Shown: positions 46,749 to 58,360 of the stretch, piece after piece
How positions within the stretch are numbered: the first letter of the stretch is position 1
Layout: the number at the start of each line of letters is the position of its first letter
Source: Hyphochytrium catenoides
Taxonomy: Eukaryota; Protista; Hyphochytriomycota
Reading direction: 5' to 3'
DNA length: 64,000 bases
NCBI GenBank assembly: GCA_900088475.1
Contig: FLMG01001651.1
Coordinates: 1 to 64,000, forward strand
Position numbers and translations under genes: made by a program
Notes under the pieces: model-generated
What the model saw: only the letters and a program-made list of their open reading frames with translations
Told to the model about the DNA's origin: nothing
Databases searched by the model: none

Positions 46749-48765
46749 GCCTACCAGTCCAAACACTCTGCACCTCTTGCAGACGACGGCAGTCAAAGAA
46801 AACGCCTTTCTTATCTTTCTTTATTTAAAGTAGTTCCCACTCGCATGGATAAACCTATAGCGCCGGTCCCGGGCGGTAGACATTTTTGACGCGCAACTAA
46901 TGTCACTGCCATGGTGGAAGCGCTGCACTAGCTGTTATAGAACGCCTAACACTATTGCTATACCAATGCTGATACCTTTGCTGCTGTCATCACGATTTCC
47001 ACATGTTTCAGAGACGACTGAGGGATCAAGAATGTGCCGCATTGTTCCATACAGCGCTCTTCATAAAAGTTCAATATCCGCAAACTGCTGAGCAAGAGGA
47101 AGATTCTGAGGGTTGTTGCTGCTGAGTCTGCATTGGAGAAGTCAGCAGAGAGGAAGGAGAAGAGCGAGCTCAGGACCTTTAAGAGTGAAGAATGCAAACG
47201 GCGGATGGGAGTGCAGCGCATTAAGTGTCGCCAGCGGCGCCTTTCCTGAGTCTCTTAAGTCTTTTGCTGCCATCCTTTGTTCCCTGTTAGCCTACTTCTC
47301 CCTTGAGCCGGATCTCGTTGTCTGCTGCCTCAACAGCTCATTACACGCCAAGAGAGGGAAATGGAGAGGACAAATGCAGCAAGAGAAGAGACTGGAGATA
47401 TTAGATTTGCTACTGCTAGAAGAGAGTGGAGTACAATGCTAACAGAGAGTGGAACATTGAAGGGCATAGTAAGAGCACACGTTGGTTTAAATACAGGGTC
47501 AGTTGCGGAGTTCTCAAAGGAAGGGACTGCCGCACCTTGTAGCCTGACATTACCTCATGATGGCAAGCTGTCGCAGGGAAGAAAGGCTAACTGCCATAAG
47601 TCTCAATGCTCAGCTTCCTCGGCATGTTCCCACGAAACAACTCAGGCAGGCAACCATGATATGCCCCGGCACTTCGTGCAGACCATTACAGGCTCCCTAG
47701 CAGATGGCGTGGGGATTAGCCGTACTTATCAGCCATCATGTGCTTCTCTTCGACGTACCATCAAACGTCTTCCAGGACGCCGTCTTCCTCTTACTTCGCT
47801 GTTTCTACGCCTAATGTTCCTATCCTATCTGGTTCCTTGCGGATCTCTTCAGCCGTCATGTTGGAGGACTTACTTCTCCTCTCGCCAAGCCGACCCTCTG
47901 TGGCACTATCTACCGCCCTTTGACTACTGGCCTATTGTTCTCGCGAGATTTACTGTTCTACAAGGCTTCGGCATGATCAAGAACAGAAGCAGTGGCTGTC
48001 ACACCTCTTTTCTGCTTCCTCTAACTGCTTGTCATCGCCCAGATAATTAGCAATCAACCTTGCTAATTTTTGGTTGACTTTGTTGCTTAGGCCGACACAT
48101 GCCGCAATGGCAGACGTTCTGCCCTTTTGAAAGAAGACTCAGCCTACCAGGCCGAGCAAGTCTTCGCCAACTCTTGCAGGTGATTCATCTCGCACTCTCT
48201 ATATAGAGTATCATCCTCTAGTAGGTATAGGACCGCACGAACTGATGGTAGACATCTCTGTAAGCCGAGCAGCTTGCCTTCATCGGCGATGACGGCGAAG
48301 GTGCTGCCGTGCAGCTTTCAAACTCTATGATGAGTACTTTTTTAAGGAAGGATTGAGCTCTATGAATGATGATGGGATGATGGACTTGTTTATAAGGAGA
48401 CAGCCAAAGCGCTGTTCTAAATCTGAACCTACTTATAACCAAATCGTCATCAATATATAACCACCATTCTTCATCGGGATGAGTGAAAAGTTCAGAAAGA
48501 TGTGTAAGGATCCTAGTCTTTTGTAAGTCGCAGTCTCCGTTATCATTCCTCCGCCTGTCTTCAGAATCTTCCTCCTTCGTACGCTGGCCCTTTGCTCATC
48601 GTCACGCTTCGCCCAAGATCTTAAGAAAGCCCTCAGACGGGACTCTTCATTTCTACAGCTATTTGCTTGGGGATGATGTTGAGCGATCCAGTCAACAGAT
48701 AATCCAAGGCCTAGTGACCCACGGAAGGAGCAGTCTGCGAGTCGTAGGAGGAGGATAGGACGATC

Positions 48766-51700
48766 ATGGATGATGAGCTGGATGATGAGGAGCCCGTCCT
48801 CAAATACCAGAGTGTCGGAGCCGATCTAGCTCACATACTTGATAGAGATAGCGCTACTGCCATCACTCTACATGAGAGCTTTGTTTGTGTAGGGACTAAG
48901 CAGGGCAGGGTGTATCTCTTCGACTTCAACGGGCACGAGCTGCGCCGGTTCAGGTCTCACACTAAGCAGATCAATGACGTTTGCATTGACCAGTCTGGCG
49001 AGGTAAGTCTGCGTGTGAGAGGCTTCAGAAAAGATGACTGTATAGAGCGCACAGCTATCCGTGAATCACCACATAGTCCTTTCCTTGACAGCTGACTGGT
49101 CACTCCTACTTTTCTTCCACTTGACAGTTTATTTGTAGCGGCGGCGAGGATGGTCTAGTCGTGATCAATTCTCTGTCCTCTCCGGAGTCGGTGCTATACA
49201 ACTACTACCGTCCCGTGTATGCCACGCATTGCGATCCTTTGTATGCACACAAGAGGGAGAAAGGTAAGGAAAAGCACTTAAACAATTTCCTATCTATCAG
49301 CCTTTTCTTGAGAGATGGCCATCATGATGCCCGCCACCTTCGGTGATTGACCTGTCTATCTCTCGTTCCGTCAAGTTCCTGGCTCTATTCCTGCTCCCAG
49401 CATGTGTGCTATAGCGCTGTATTCACTGTAGCAAATGTCACGTTTCTCTCTGGTTTTACTCTTTACTCTTAGACCTTGAATCAACTCTTCTCCCTTTGCC
49501 TCCTGCAACCTCCATATATTTCTGACAGAAGTCATGCATTTTCCTCTTTCTCTCTTGCCCTTTCTTCTATGGCCCGGAACAGTATTTGTGGCTGGTGGCT
49601 CCTCAGGCCAGCTTGTGGTGAACAAGCGAGGATGGATTATCGAGAACGAAAACGTTATAGACGAAGGGGAAGGACCAATCGAGTGCATCAGATGGAAGGG
49701 ATCGTTGATTGCCTGGGCTAATCATTGGGGTGTGAAGGTCAGAAGAAAAAGATATCAGCACTTCATGTCTATGATGTGGTCCTCTAAATCTGATGCACTC
49801 TTGTCGTCTTTTGCCCCGGGAGCTAAATGTGGGGATTGGCCTTCTCTGTCTGGGGTTCTCTTCTCTTCAACTACTTCTTTAGTGCTAGGTACCCAACGCG
49901 CATGGCCCGCAATCGACACCATGGGTCTTATTATACCGCCTATTTCTCTTACTTTGTCTCTGACGAATTCATTGCAGGTTTATGACATAGAGCGACAACA
50001 GCGAATAACTTTTGTTGAAAAGCCGTCCGAATGTCCTCCGCATGAAGTCGCACGATGCTGCCTCTTCTGGGAAAGTGACAGCAACCTGCTTATTGGCTGG
50101 GGAGATACAATCAAGGTCCTGTTTGATTGGAGTTCTCCATTTCCAGCCATGCTACGATTACTTTTCGAACCCATCCTCTCTTTGTCAACAGTTCCAACGG
50201 CCCTTCTCCTACCTTACCGTTCCCTCTCTCTTTTTCCTCTGGTCACCAAAGCCAAAGTAACTGACTTGATTGTGCTTTGGCTTGAGACTCATGCCATCCG
50301 TTCGTTCATTTTGAATTACCAGATTTTGGAAGTAAAGAAAGGGGTTGGCTCGGTCAATGGCACAGTGCAAGCTTCTACTTCCTCGCGCTATGGGGAGCTG
50401 ACGGCCATCTATCAGCTAGACTTCCTCATAACTGGTGTTAGTGCCTGGAATGCAAGCACCATAGCAGTTTTAGGCTACATCCCACCGGGGGCTGATGAGG
50501 TAGGGCACAGAGATTTGTTGAAATCCGGGAAGGAGGAACGCAGGCAACTGGGGGAGATTCAGCAATCTCCTTTTCAGTCCTTAGGAATGGCCCAGTGAGC
50601 TAAACCTCTGCTCTAAGAGGGACGTAATGCTTAGGAAGGGACAAGAGGCAAAGTTGGGAGAGAGAGTAAGTAGTAGACCGGCACTAGAGGAATCATTAAC
50701 TAGGGATTGGGGCGGCGTAGACCGTTAAGGGCTGCAATAATCGATCTGTGCATCTAGGATGATGAAGGGGAGGAAGAAGGGGAGGGAAAGCCGCTCGAGG
50801 TTCCCTATCCAGAGTTGCATCTCCTATCAAGAGATAGCGGAGACGACATCATTGCTGACTCACTTCCTGTTAAAGGGTAACCCGTCTACATATCGCCTGC
50901 ACTTCATACATGAGCATCCGTCTGCAACTTGAGCTTCCTGATCCTTGATAAGAACATGCTGCGATGATACTCTCTTCTTCTAAACAAAGGGGTTCGAGAA
51001 AAACTCTAACTTCTCTGTGCTCTAATTATGGGTAGCTACGCCAAGCTATCAGCTTTGGATTATAAGCTGGCCTCCACTTACTCCTTTCAGGATATTGATG
51101 AGCCTCCGATCCTTTATATCCTGTCGCCTAAGGTAGCTTCTCTCTTCCTTGATTAATCCGTTCCGAGATCTTCTTTATTTACCTAGGAACTCTGATGCTA
51201 TCCCTCTGCTTAAAGATACATCTAATGCGTAATACTTCAGGAAGTGATAGTGGCCAGGAAGCCTAGCGCGGACGACCGAATTGCTTGGGCATTGTCAAAG
51301 GAGAATTACCTGAAAGCCTTGAGGATTGCTCAGCAGAGCCCGTTTCCTTTAAAACGACATAAGATGATCAACTTGGTATCGAGATTTCTCCTCAGTTCCT
51401 TTCCTTCAATGGCTGCCCCGCATTGATCATCACTTCCTCACCTTCCAGGTCGACTACTACCTAGGAGACCTCATTGCACGAGACGAGTACGGCCAGGCAG
51501 CGAATGAGTGTCCTTCGTTATTAGGAGAGGATGGGGTTAGCTGGTCCCGGTGGCTAAGAGTCTTCGCGCAGAAGGGGCAGATAACTGTTCTTGCTCCATT
51601 CATACCTGTTGAGAAACCTCGACTGGGAAAGGAAGAGGTATACGGAGTAACTAGGAAGCGATGAATTCGAAGCAAAGCATGAGTGGTCTCTTGTGATTCT

Positions 51701-54700
51701 ATTGGAGCCTTCACGCTTATAACCACGGCTCCACTTGCATTGGGTGCTGCACGTGATCTTCTACTCTAGCTTCCTTATAGAGACACAGCACTTATTCTGC
51801 GAGATGTGTTGGCTTCACGAATACTTTGCTTGATAACTAACCTCCTCCCATTATTTAAGTACGAGCTGGTATTACTCTATTTTCTGGAGAAGGATCCTAA
51901 GAGCCTGCTGAAATGCTTCAAAGAGTGGCCCAAACCCAAGGTAGAGTTAGCATCTTCTTTTTACAAGTGTACAGATCGATTGCTGGATAGACGCGATCAG
52001 GCCCCTCTTTTTCATCTTCAAGCTTGATATCGGGACCTCCGTTTCTCTCCCTACCCTCGTTCTACAGTGCAAGGTATATACTACTCATAGTTTTTTCGTA
52101 GACAGCAGTAACGAGTGATGAGCATGGAAAGGAGATTCGAGAGGAGGATGCCCTGTACGACACTACCGCGTGGATAGCACGATTGGAGGTCCATAAGTCC
52201 CCTCTGTTTACCTGTCTTTTGGACTCATAGGACCTAGGACTTATCCCTACATAATGTCTCCTGGCGGCTTTGCTCATTCATAATTCTCCATGAAGTCTGT
52301 GACTGAAGCCACTGTTCCTTACTTACCATTTGGATTTTCGATAAATCTGGGACGATGAGGCGGGCTTCTATCTACCACTTTGAGCTATTGCTCCACCAGG
52401 CCATGCTAGGCTTTTGGGCACTTCGCTATCACTTTCACCCGTACTTACACTTTGTCCTCCCTATAGGGCAGCATCAAGAAGCAGAGCAGAGCTGCTAAGA
52501 CTACTGATGCCCACCTCGCCGATTCCCTCGCCGAGCTCTACTGTGGTGTGAAGGACTATGAAAAAGCTCTAAAAATCTATCTTGAAAAGGTTGAAGTTTA
52601 CACCTGAGTTCGCGCGCACTTGATTGTGCCCATTACAGCTTTTCAAGCCTTATTATATGTTTTCCATAAACGCATAGATTCTACTGTTGATGTCGTCTTC
52701 ACTCTTGCTTTTCTCCCTCCCCGCCAGTGCATTTCCATATCTCTCCCATCTGCTGACCGCGAACTTTGCAGGGGGCCCATTCAAGTGACAGTGCCCACGT
52801 ATTTGAGTTGATCAGAACTCACGCTTTATGGGATGCTATTCAAAACAGAGTAAGGATCGCTCGCCTAGAATCCCCGTTTCGAAACTTGTACTGGCCTTAA
52901 ATGTCTTGTTCAATTGCCAACGCGTGGTTGCCTGTGTCCTTTGTACTCTATTCATTAAGCATGAGTGCTTCTCGGGGTCGGCATGTCTATGCCCTCTACT
53001 GTCAAAAAGAGGCGACTCTACACCGCGTCAAACCGTCTCTACCTTTTTATTGCATACCTGACTCGTTCCGCAGGTTCTCTCTCTGATGCAACTGGACAAG
53101 GATCGGGCGTCTGACATGCTGGCTCGAAATATGGACCGTTTACCCGTAAACTCGGTCATAGATCAGCTCCGAGGCCATCCACAGCTGCAACACTGGTCGG
53201 CCACTGCTGTAACCACCCTATATCTCTTTTGTATTGAGGACTGCTGCTCTTTTTTAGACCAACTGCCATTAATGGTGACCCGATAGGGGATACCACATTC
53301 TAGCAGCCTTGATATGGCCTTACTTTGCCGTTAACTTAACTTCTCGTCCGTTGACTTCATTACGTACCTTTGTCTGATACTGACCTCAACGAGAAGAGCT
53401 CTACGGCTACGCAAGAGCTGTCTTTCTGTCATCATTTATGCCGCAACCTAAGCAGGTGTCTGGAAGGTTGACGACCTCTCTCTCTTTCTTCTTCTGCAGC
53501 TATCTAATGAATCTGTTGGAGAAGTGCCCAGAGGAGTATAATCGCGAACTCTATGCAGAGTTTCACGATCTTCAGGTTTGTGCCTCACAAGATAGTCATT
53601 ACCAGTACCTCTTTAGTAGGTAGCTCTCTTCTTCATGGTCCTCTGTGATCTGCCTTAACGTAGGCCGTCCCATCTACTCTTCCCCTGCCTTCGCACAATC
53701 TTCCAACCCCTTCGTGTTTTGATATGGTCATTGCTCGCTGGGTACTCACTTGGAAGGCACTGCTACTTAGGCTTCGCTGTGTGCGGAATATGCGCCTGAG
53801 AAAATGCTAAAGCTTCTGCAAGTCAGCAACTACGCCAACTTAGAGAAGGCGCTGCATATCTGTGATGTAAGTTCTAACAATTAGAGATGACGTCAACTAT
53901 CGACGTTTGTTAGCACGTCAGCCCACCTNNNNNNNNNNNNNGCCGCCTAGGAAGGAGCCAACAAGCGCTAGATCTCCTGGTAACTCAAGTCGGAGATGTG
54001 CACAAAGCCATTGAATTTGTTCAGGTAAACGCAAGACACCCTTCCGTAACACACACTGTGGCTCGTGGCAAGTAATCTAGCCGGTCCAACGTCGCTTTAA
54101 AGTCCCGGGCGCATGCTTCTAAGGCATACCCTAACCTTTGCCTCCAACCTCTTGCTTATAGGAGCAAGATGAGAATCTATGGGATAACCTAGTCCAAAAG
54201 AGTCTGCGCTCCGCCCCTTTTCTTTCTGAGCTGTTGGACTATGCTGGATCGCACGGCGTTGACCCGAAGAAGCTTGTCACAAATGTAAGCTTACGAGGGT
54301 ATTGACAGTAAGAGGAGGACAGACTAGCAATCCACATTCCCTGGTCTGCAAGGAGAGGATTAACAATGGTGTTGAGAGCGATGACCGTGTCAAACCTCAA
54401 CGTTGCTCTATGGTCCTATATTATGACCTCTTTCGCTCTCCTGCTATCTTGCTGTGCTACCTTATATAAGGCGCGATGACGAATAATTGCGGGCTTCCTT
54501 GCCTAGTTCCCCAGAAGTACTTGCTGGCATACTCTTACTCTCCGCTGTTCTTTCTATCGCAGATTCCAGAAGGCATGGAGATTCAGAACCTTAGGGCCAA
54601 GCTTCTCCGCATATTGGTAGATTATAACCAGCAGGTACATTTGTCAGCACCGTAGAAGCTTAGTCATCGAGCATCATCCTAGCATCTTCTCCAATGAGCA

Positions 54701-55238
54701 TCGCCATGTTTTGGAAAGCACATGAAATGCCCCTCATCATTTCTGGCAAATGGGTCTCTGTTCTTTCGTGCTCATAAGGCTACCCACTTCTTGCAAGGTG
54801 ACGCTCCGCCAGGCCTGTAGCCGAGTTTTTGCCTCTGACTGCAGCACCAGCCTTGGCCACTTATTGGCTCAGAAGCGAAGGGCTGTAAGGGTGGACCAAG
54901 AGGGACTCTGCGGTATCTGTGGGAAGAGTATTCTGGGAGGTACGAGTAGGAAAGATAGAGAGGAAAAAGAGCTTTTGTTCTCCTCTAGCGCTACTTCTAC
55001 TCTTGGTTGTGTCGTATACAATCTCTGACTAGTTGCACCTCTCCCAGGGATTGCTCACAAAAAGAATGCTTCTGTGGCTATATTTTTCTGCGGGCATCAT
55101 TACCACGAGCAGTGCCTGCGCTCACTCTTGGAGGAAGTGAGAAGTCAACAGACCAGAAGACGACGAGCGAGTTCAGGGCCTCTGAAAATGAAACGTGAGC
55201 ACCAGGATGCGCCTAGACCCTTAGTCTGCCCAAGCTGA
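48766..55238 (+). CDS. VPS41: Vacuolar protein sorting 41 (HOPS subunit), multi-exon; ends at TGA 55236-55238, or at TAG 55272-55274 if recoded
   Basis: EEPVLKY, WD40 repeats (EGEGPIECIRWKGSLIAWANHWGVKVYD, LLIGWGDTIK), YILSPKEVIVARK...DDRIAW, CHCR region (KAIEFVQEQDENLWDNL), C-terminal RING-H2. Confidence 0.96.
53929..53941. other. Assembly gap (13 N) inside a VPS41 exon
   Basis: Run of N between HVSPP and GRLGRSQQAL. The gap is probably undersized relative to the conserved motif expected there. Confidence 0.95.
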
Positions 55239-55608
55239 AACCTTACAAATCGTCTGAGTCTTGTAGTAGCATAGTTTGCTTCTTTTATTAGTCTACTGCT
55301 TTCTGAGCCAGACTGCCCGGTACTCATCGCTCTGTTCTCTGCGTTCTCTTGGCCTCCCTTAATTGCGGGCAAAGTCCTGGAAAATGACCTAGTGTGCTCA
55401 TGCTGCCACTATAGTCAGTACGTGCCTAGGGAGCAAAGCGAGAAGACAGAAGCGGCAGGAGAGGAGCCCGAAGACATCATCTTTGCTAGTGCTTGAGGAG
55501 CGTCAACAAGAGTGTTCTGCAGCCTGTGGACCGCAACTGCAGCTGAATAGCTTCACTCGGGTTGGTCTTTTCGTTCGGTAAAGAACAGACGCGAAATAGC
55601 TTAAAATC

Positions 55609-55646
55609 CAAGGCGAATGCCTTCATAAGCAAGGCGAATGCCTTCA
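55609..55646. repeat. Tandem duplication of CAAGGCGAATGCCTTCA (period 21)
   Basis: Two exact 17-bp copies, each containing the inverted repeat AAGGC-gaat-GCCTT. Confidence 0.9.
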
Positions 55647-56294
55647 CGGCTGCAGATGGATACTTCTCTTTCTACAGAGACTAACTAGGCTGCTAGAATG
55701 GAAGTGACAGCCGCAATCGGGGGCCCTCCCTATTTTGGAACTCTAACTTCCAGAGTCAGGAAAAACAAGCTTATGGTCAGCCATTTCCGTGCCAGCTAAA
55801 GCTCACTGCAGCAACAGAATTTGCTGCCACGCCATGCGGACCATAGATCTTAGGTCATTCGTGCCAACCCTGGCTTTCAGCGGTACCTATCTATTCTGCG
55901 GAGTGCGGACCACCATCAGAGTACCATAGACGCCAAGGAAGCCTATGTTAACTCCCGTTTAATTTTCGCCTTTGCAAACAAGGTTCCTTCTATCCCTTCT
56001 TCAGCACATTCAGTTCGCGGCATCCAGTTTTCCTGCCAGTTTTCTTTGTCTCATACTGTTGGGCCTATCCTTCATGATGTTCGCCTTATGATTACTACTA
56101 GACCAAGCGGTTTTGGGATATAGTCACGAGACAGGACGTAACACTGGAACCGGGGACGGGAGTAGCAGGGTTTCTAACATAACTCATTTGCTGAATAGTC
56201 GCATCGAAAAGGCGGGATCCCTTGTCTGAAAGGCAGGGCAGCAGTTGTGATGAAGGGATTGCGTGGAAAAATTAATGATTATGTCAGTCTTAGG

Positions 56295-57734
56295 CTACTC
56301 ATCTCCAGCTTCTGCTTGAGAGATCTCAACAGTGGCAAGCAGATCCTTCAGCTCTTGCTCAGTTAGAATGTGTCGTACAATTTTTCCGTCGACCCTATGA
56401 ACGACGCAGATGCATAGTGGTCAGAGACTGAACGAGCAGCCACTAGTATGGCTTAGCAACATGATATATAGAACCCTTACCTCTTTAGAGTCATAAGCTC
56501 AATTTTCTCCGCGGATGGTGTGGTCGTGTCCATGCTCTTTGTAAGGACCTGTCAAGCATAGTCAGCCGTCGACATGGTCCTTAATCATCGTAAGTAGCGA
56601 GAAAGAGACATACTAGCACTTAATGAGACGCAAACTATGAGCAACGAGGCTCACGACAGGGGGAGTAGGCTCCGTTGCCTCGTGGCCCGCCCAATTCGAT
56701 GAGGAGCAATAATGGAGGAGCACTGTGATTTGGACAATGGCCCGTAAACTTTGATCCTTCCTTACCTTGACAGCTAGCTTTAGTGCGTCATTAATGGAGC
56801 AGTTCTCCACATATTCATTCTTGAGCAGTCTCTTGGCTGGCTCATTGTTAGCACCGATGGCAGTAGCCTTCCACCCACTAAAATTGCCACTTGGGTCGCT
56901 GTGATAGAGCTGGAATCTATGGTGCTCATCCCACCCAGCGTAGAGGAATGAAACACCAAAAGGTCGCTGACCTAGGAAGCGCATGCCAAAGAGAGGGTGG
57001 AGGCAGTACGAGAGGAAAGCTCAGCTATAAGTAGAGAGAAGCAAGGGACGTAACACTTTTCTCCCACCTCCGAACTGAGTGTAAGCTTGCTTGTAGTTGC
57101 AGACGGACTGAATGAGCTGCTCCACTGGGATGGGCTCCTGATACGTCAACTCGTGCCTTTGAGCAGTTAGCCGCGCATAGTTGATAAGAATATTTGAATC
57201 GGCAGTCAGACCTTGAAGGAGTAATGAGGTGCGGAGGAGTTAGTTTTTAAGCTTCGTCTTGGTGCTCTCTCTAGGACATACCAGCAACTGCGCAGATAAG
57301 GTGATCTGCTAGCGGCAGCATCTTCTCACTGCTCTTTGGAGGTGCGAGAAGCTTTGACATGGTTTTCTTTCCAGCTACGAAAGCAAGGAACATGAAAACG
57401 AGGTGAATAAGGAGTATGGCCTCTCGCAGGGCTGACAATGACAAACCTCCTAAGACTATGCCCTCTGACGAGAGGATTCCTACTGCGGAGCCAGCATTAT
57501 TGATAGCTTCCATCGCATACTCGACCTGGAAGAGTCGGCCTGGATGTTCACAAAGATCGAGTGACATGGTTAGACAAGTTTCCAAAGCTGCAACATATAG
57601 AAAGGCCACTGAACACACCATCTGGCGAAAAGGTGGTGGTCCGGCTATCGTAACGGCGAGCCTGTAAAAGGGAAGGGCACACGTGTTAGACTTCAATATC
57701 CACCAGGACAATCTCTCCCACGGCTAGTTACCAT
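56295..57734 (-). CDS. PSMA4: 20S proteasome subunit alpha-3 (alpha type-4/Pre9), multi-exon
   Basis: M|[75 protein letters not shown]. The first coding exon is only the ATG. Confidence 0.96.
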
Positions 57735-58360
57735 TGTTATCCTATAAGCCTGCCCTCTGTATCTCTGGTTATGAAGCTACGCTCAGAAGATAAGCCCAAG
57801 GGAAGATAGTAGAGATCTGACAGAGCTCAGAAAGACGAATCTGCAAAAATCTGCGAAGAGAAATGAACTCCTTCAGGATCCTTTCGCCAAAACTCATCAG
57901 CGTAAGAAAGATCTAAGATTTGATCTCATGTATGTCACAAGTCTTCCCTTATTGCCGCTGAGCAATTCCCCAGACCTGACCTACAAGGGACGATCTAAGG
58001 AATCGTTGGGCAGGTGTTCAGCCGAACCAAAGTGGCAAAATGACCCTAGAGGCCGGTTTGAGGGACCTCTCAGCTCCAATACACTGATTACAAGGTGGCC
58101 GGGATTCTGAATAAGACTACTGTCATACCCCTCTATTCAGGAATCCATCAATACTGTACGCATGGTAGATCTATACTAGTTATCATATATATCCACCCTG
58201 ATAACCACATACTCTGATAACCTTTAGAGTTTGGCGGGAGAACTCTCTGATACGTTGCGATGCGCGCTGAGCTGCTGCTTCCTTCTTCACTCCCGAGCTC
58301 TCAATAAATAGCTTCCACTCTGCAAGTCTTCGTGTCTCTGTAGAGGAGAACCTCTTGGTT

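Noticed and set aside
5337-46895. Recurrent TTTGACGCGCA (5337 and 46885) as a promoter motif
   Set aside because: Shared 11-mers are expected by chance many times in 64 kb, and there is no consistent position relative to genes.
46900-48450. Plus-strand gene around the 229-aa ORF 47361-48050
   Set aside because: No recognisable domain and no consistent exon phasing. Left unresolved.
56250-56295. Second SECIS candidate (ATGAA-N12-AAAAA hairpin)
   Set aside because: It lacks the 3' GA of the core, the stem is mostly G-U, and it lies 1 kb away abutting the PSMA4 stop.
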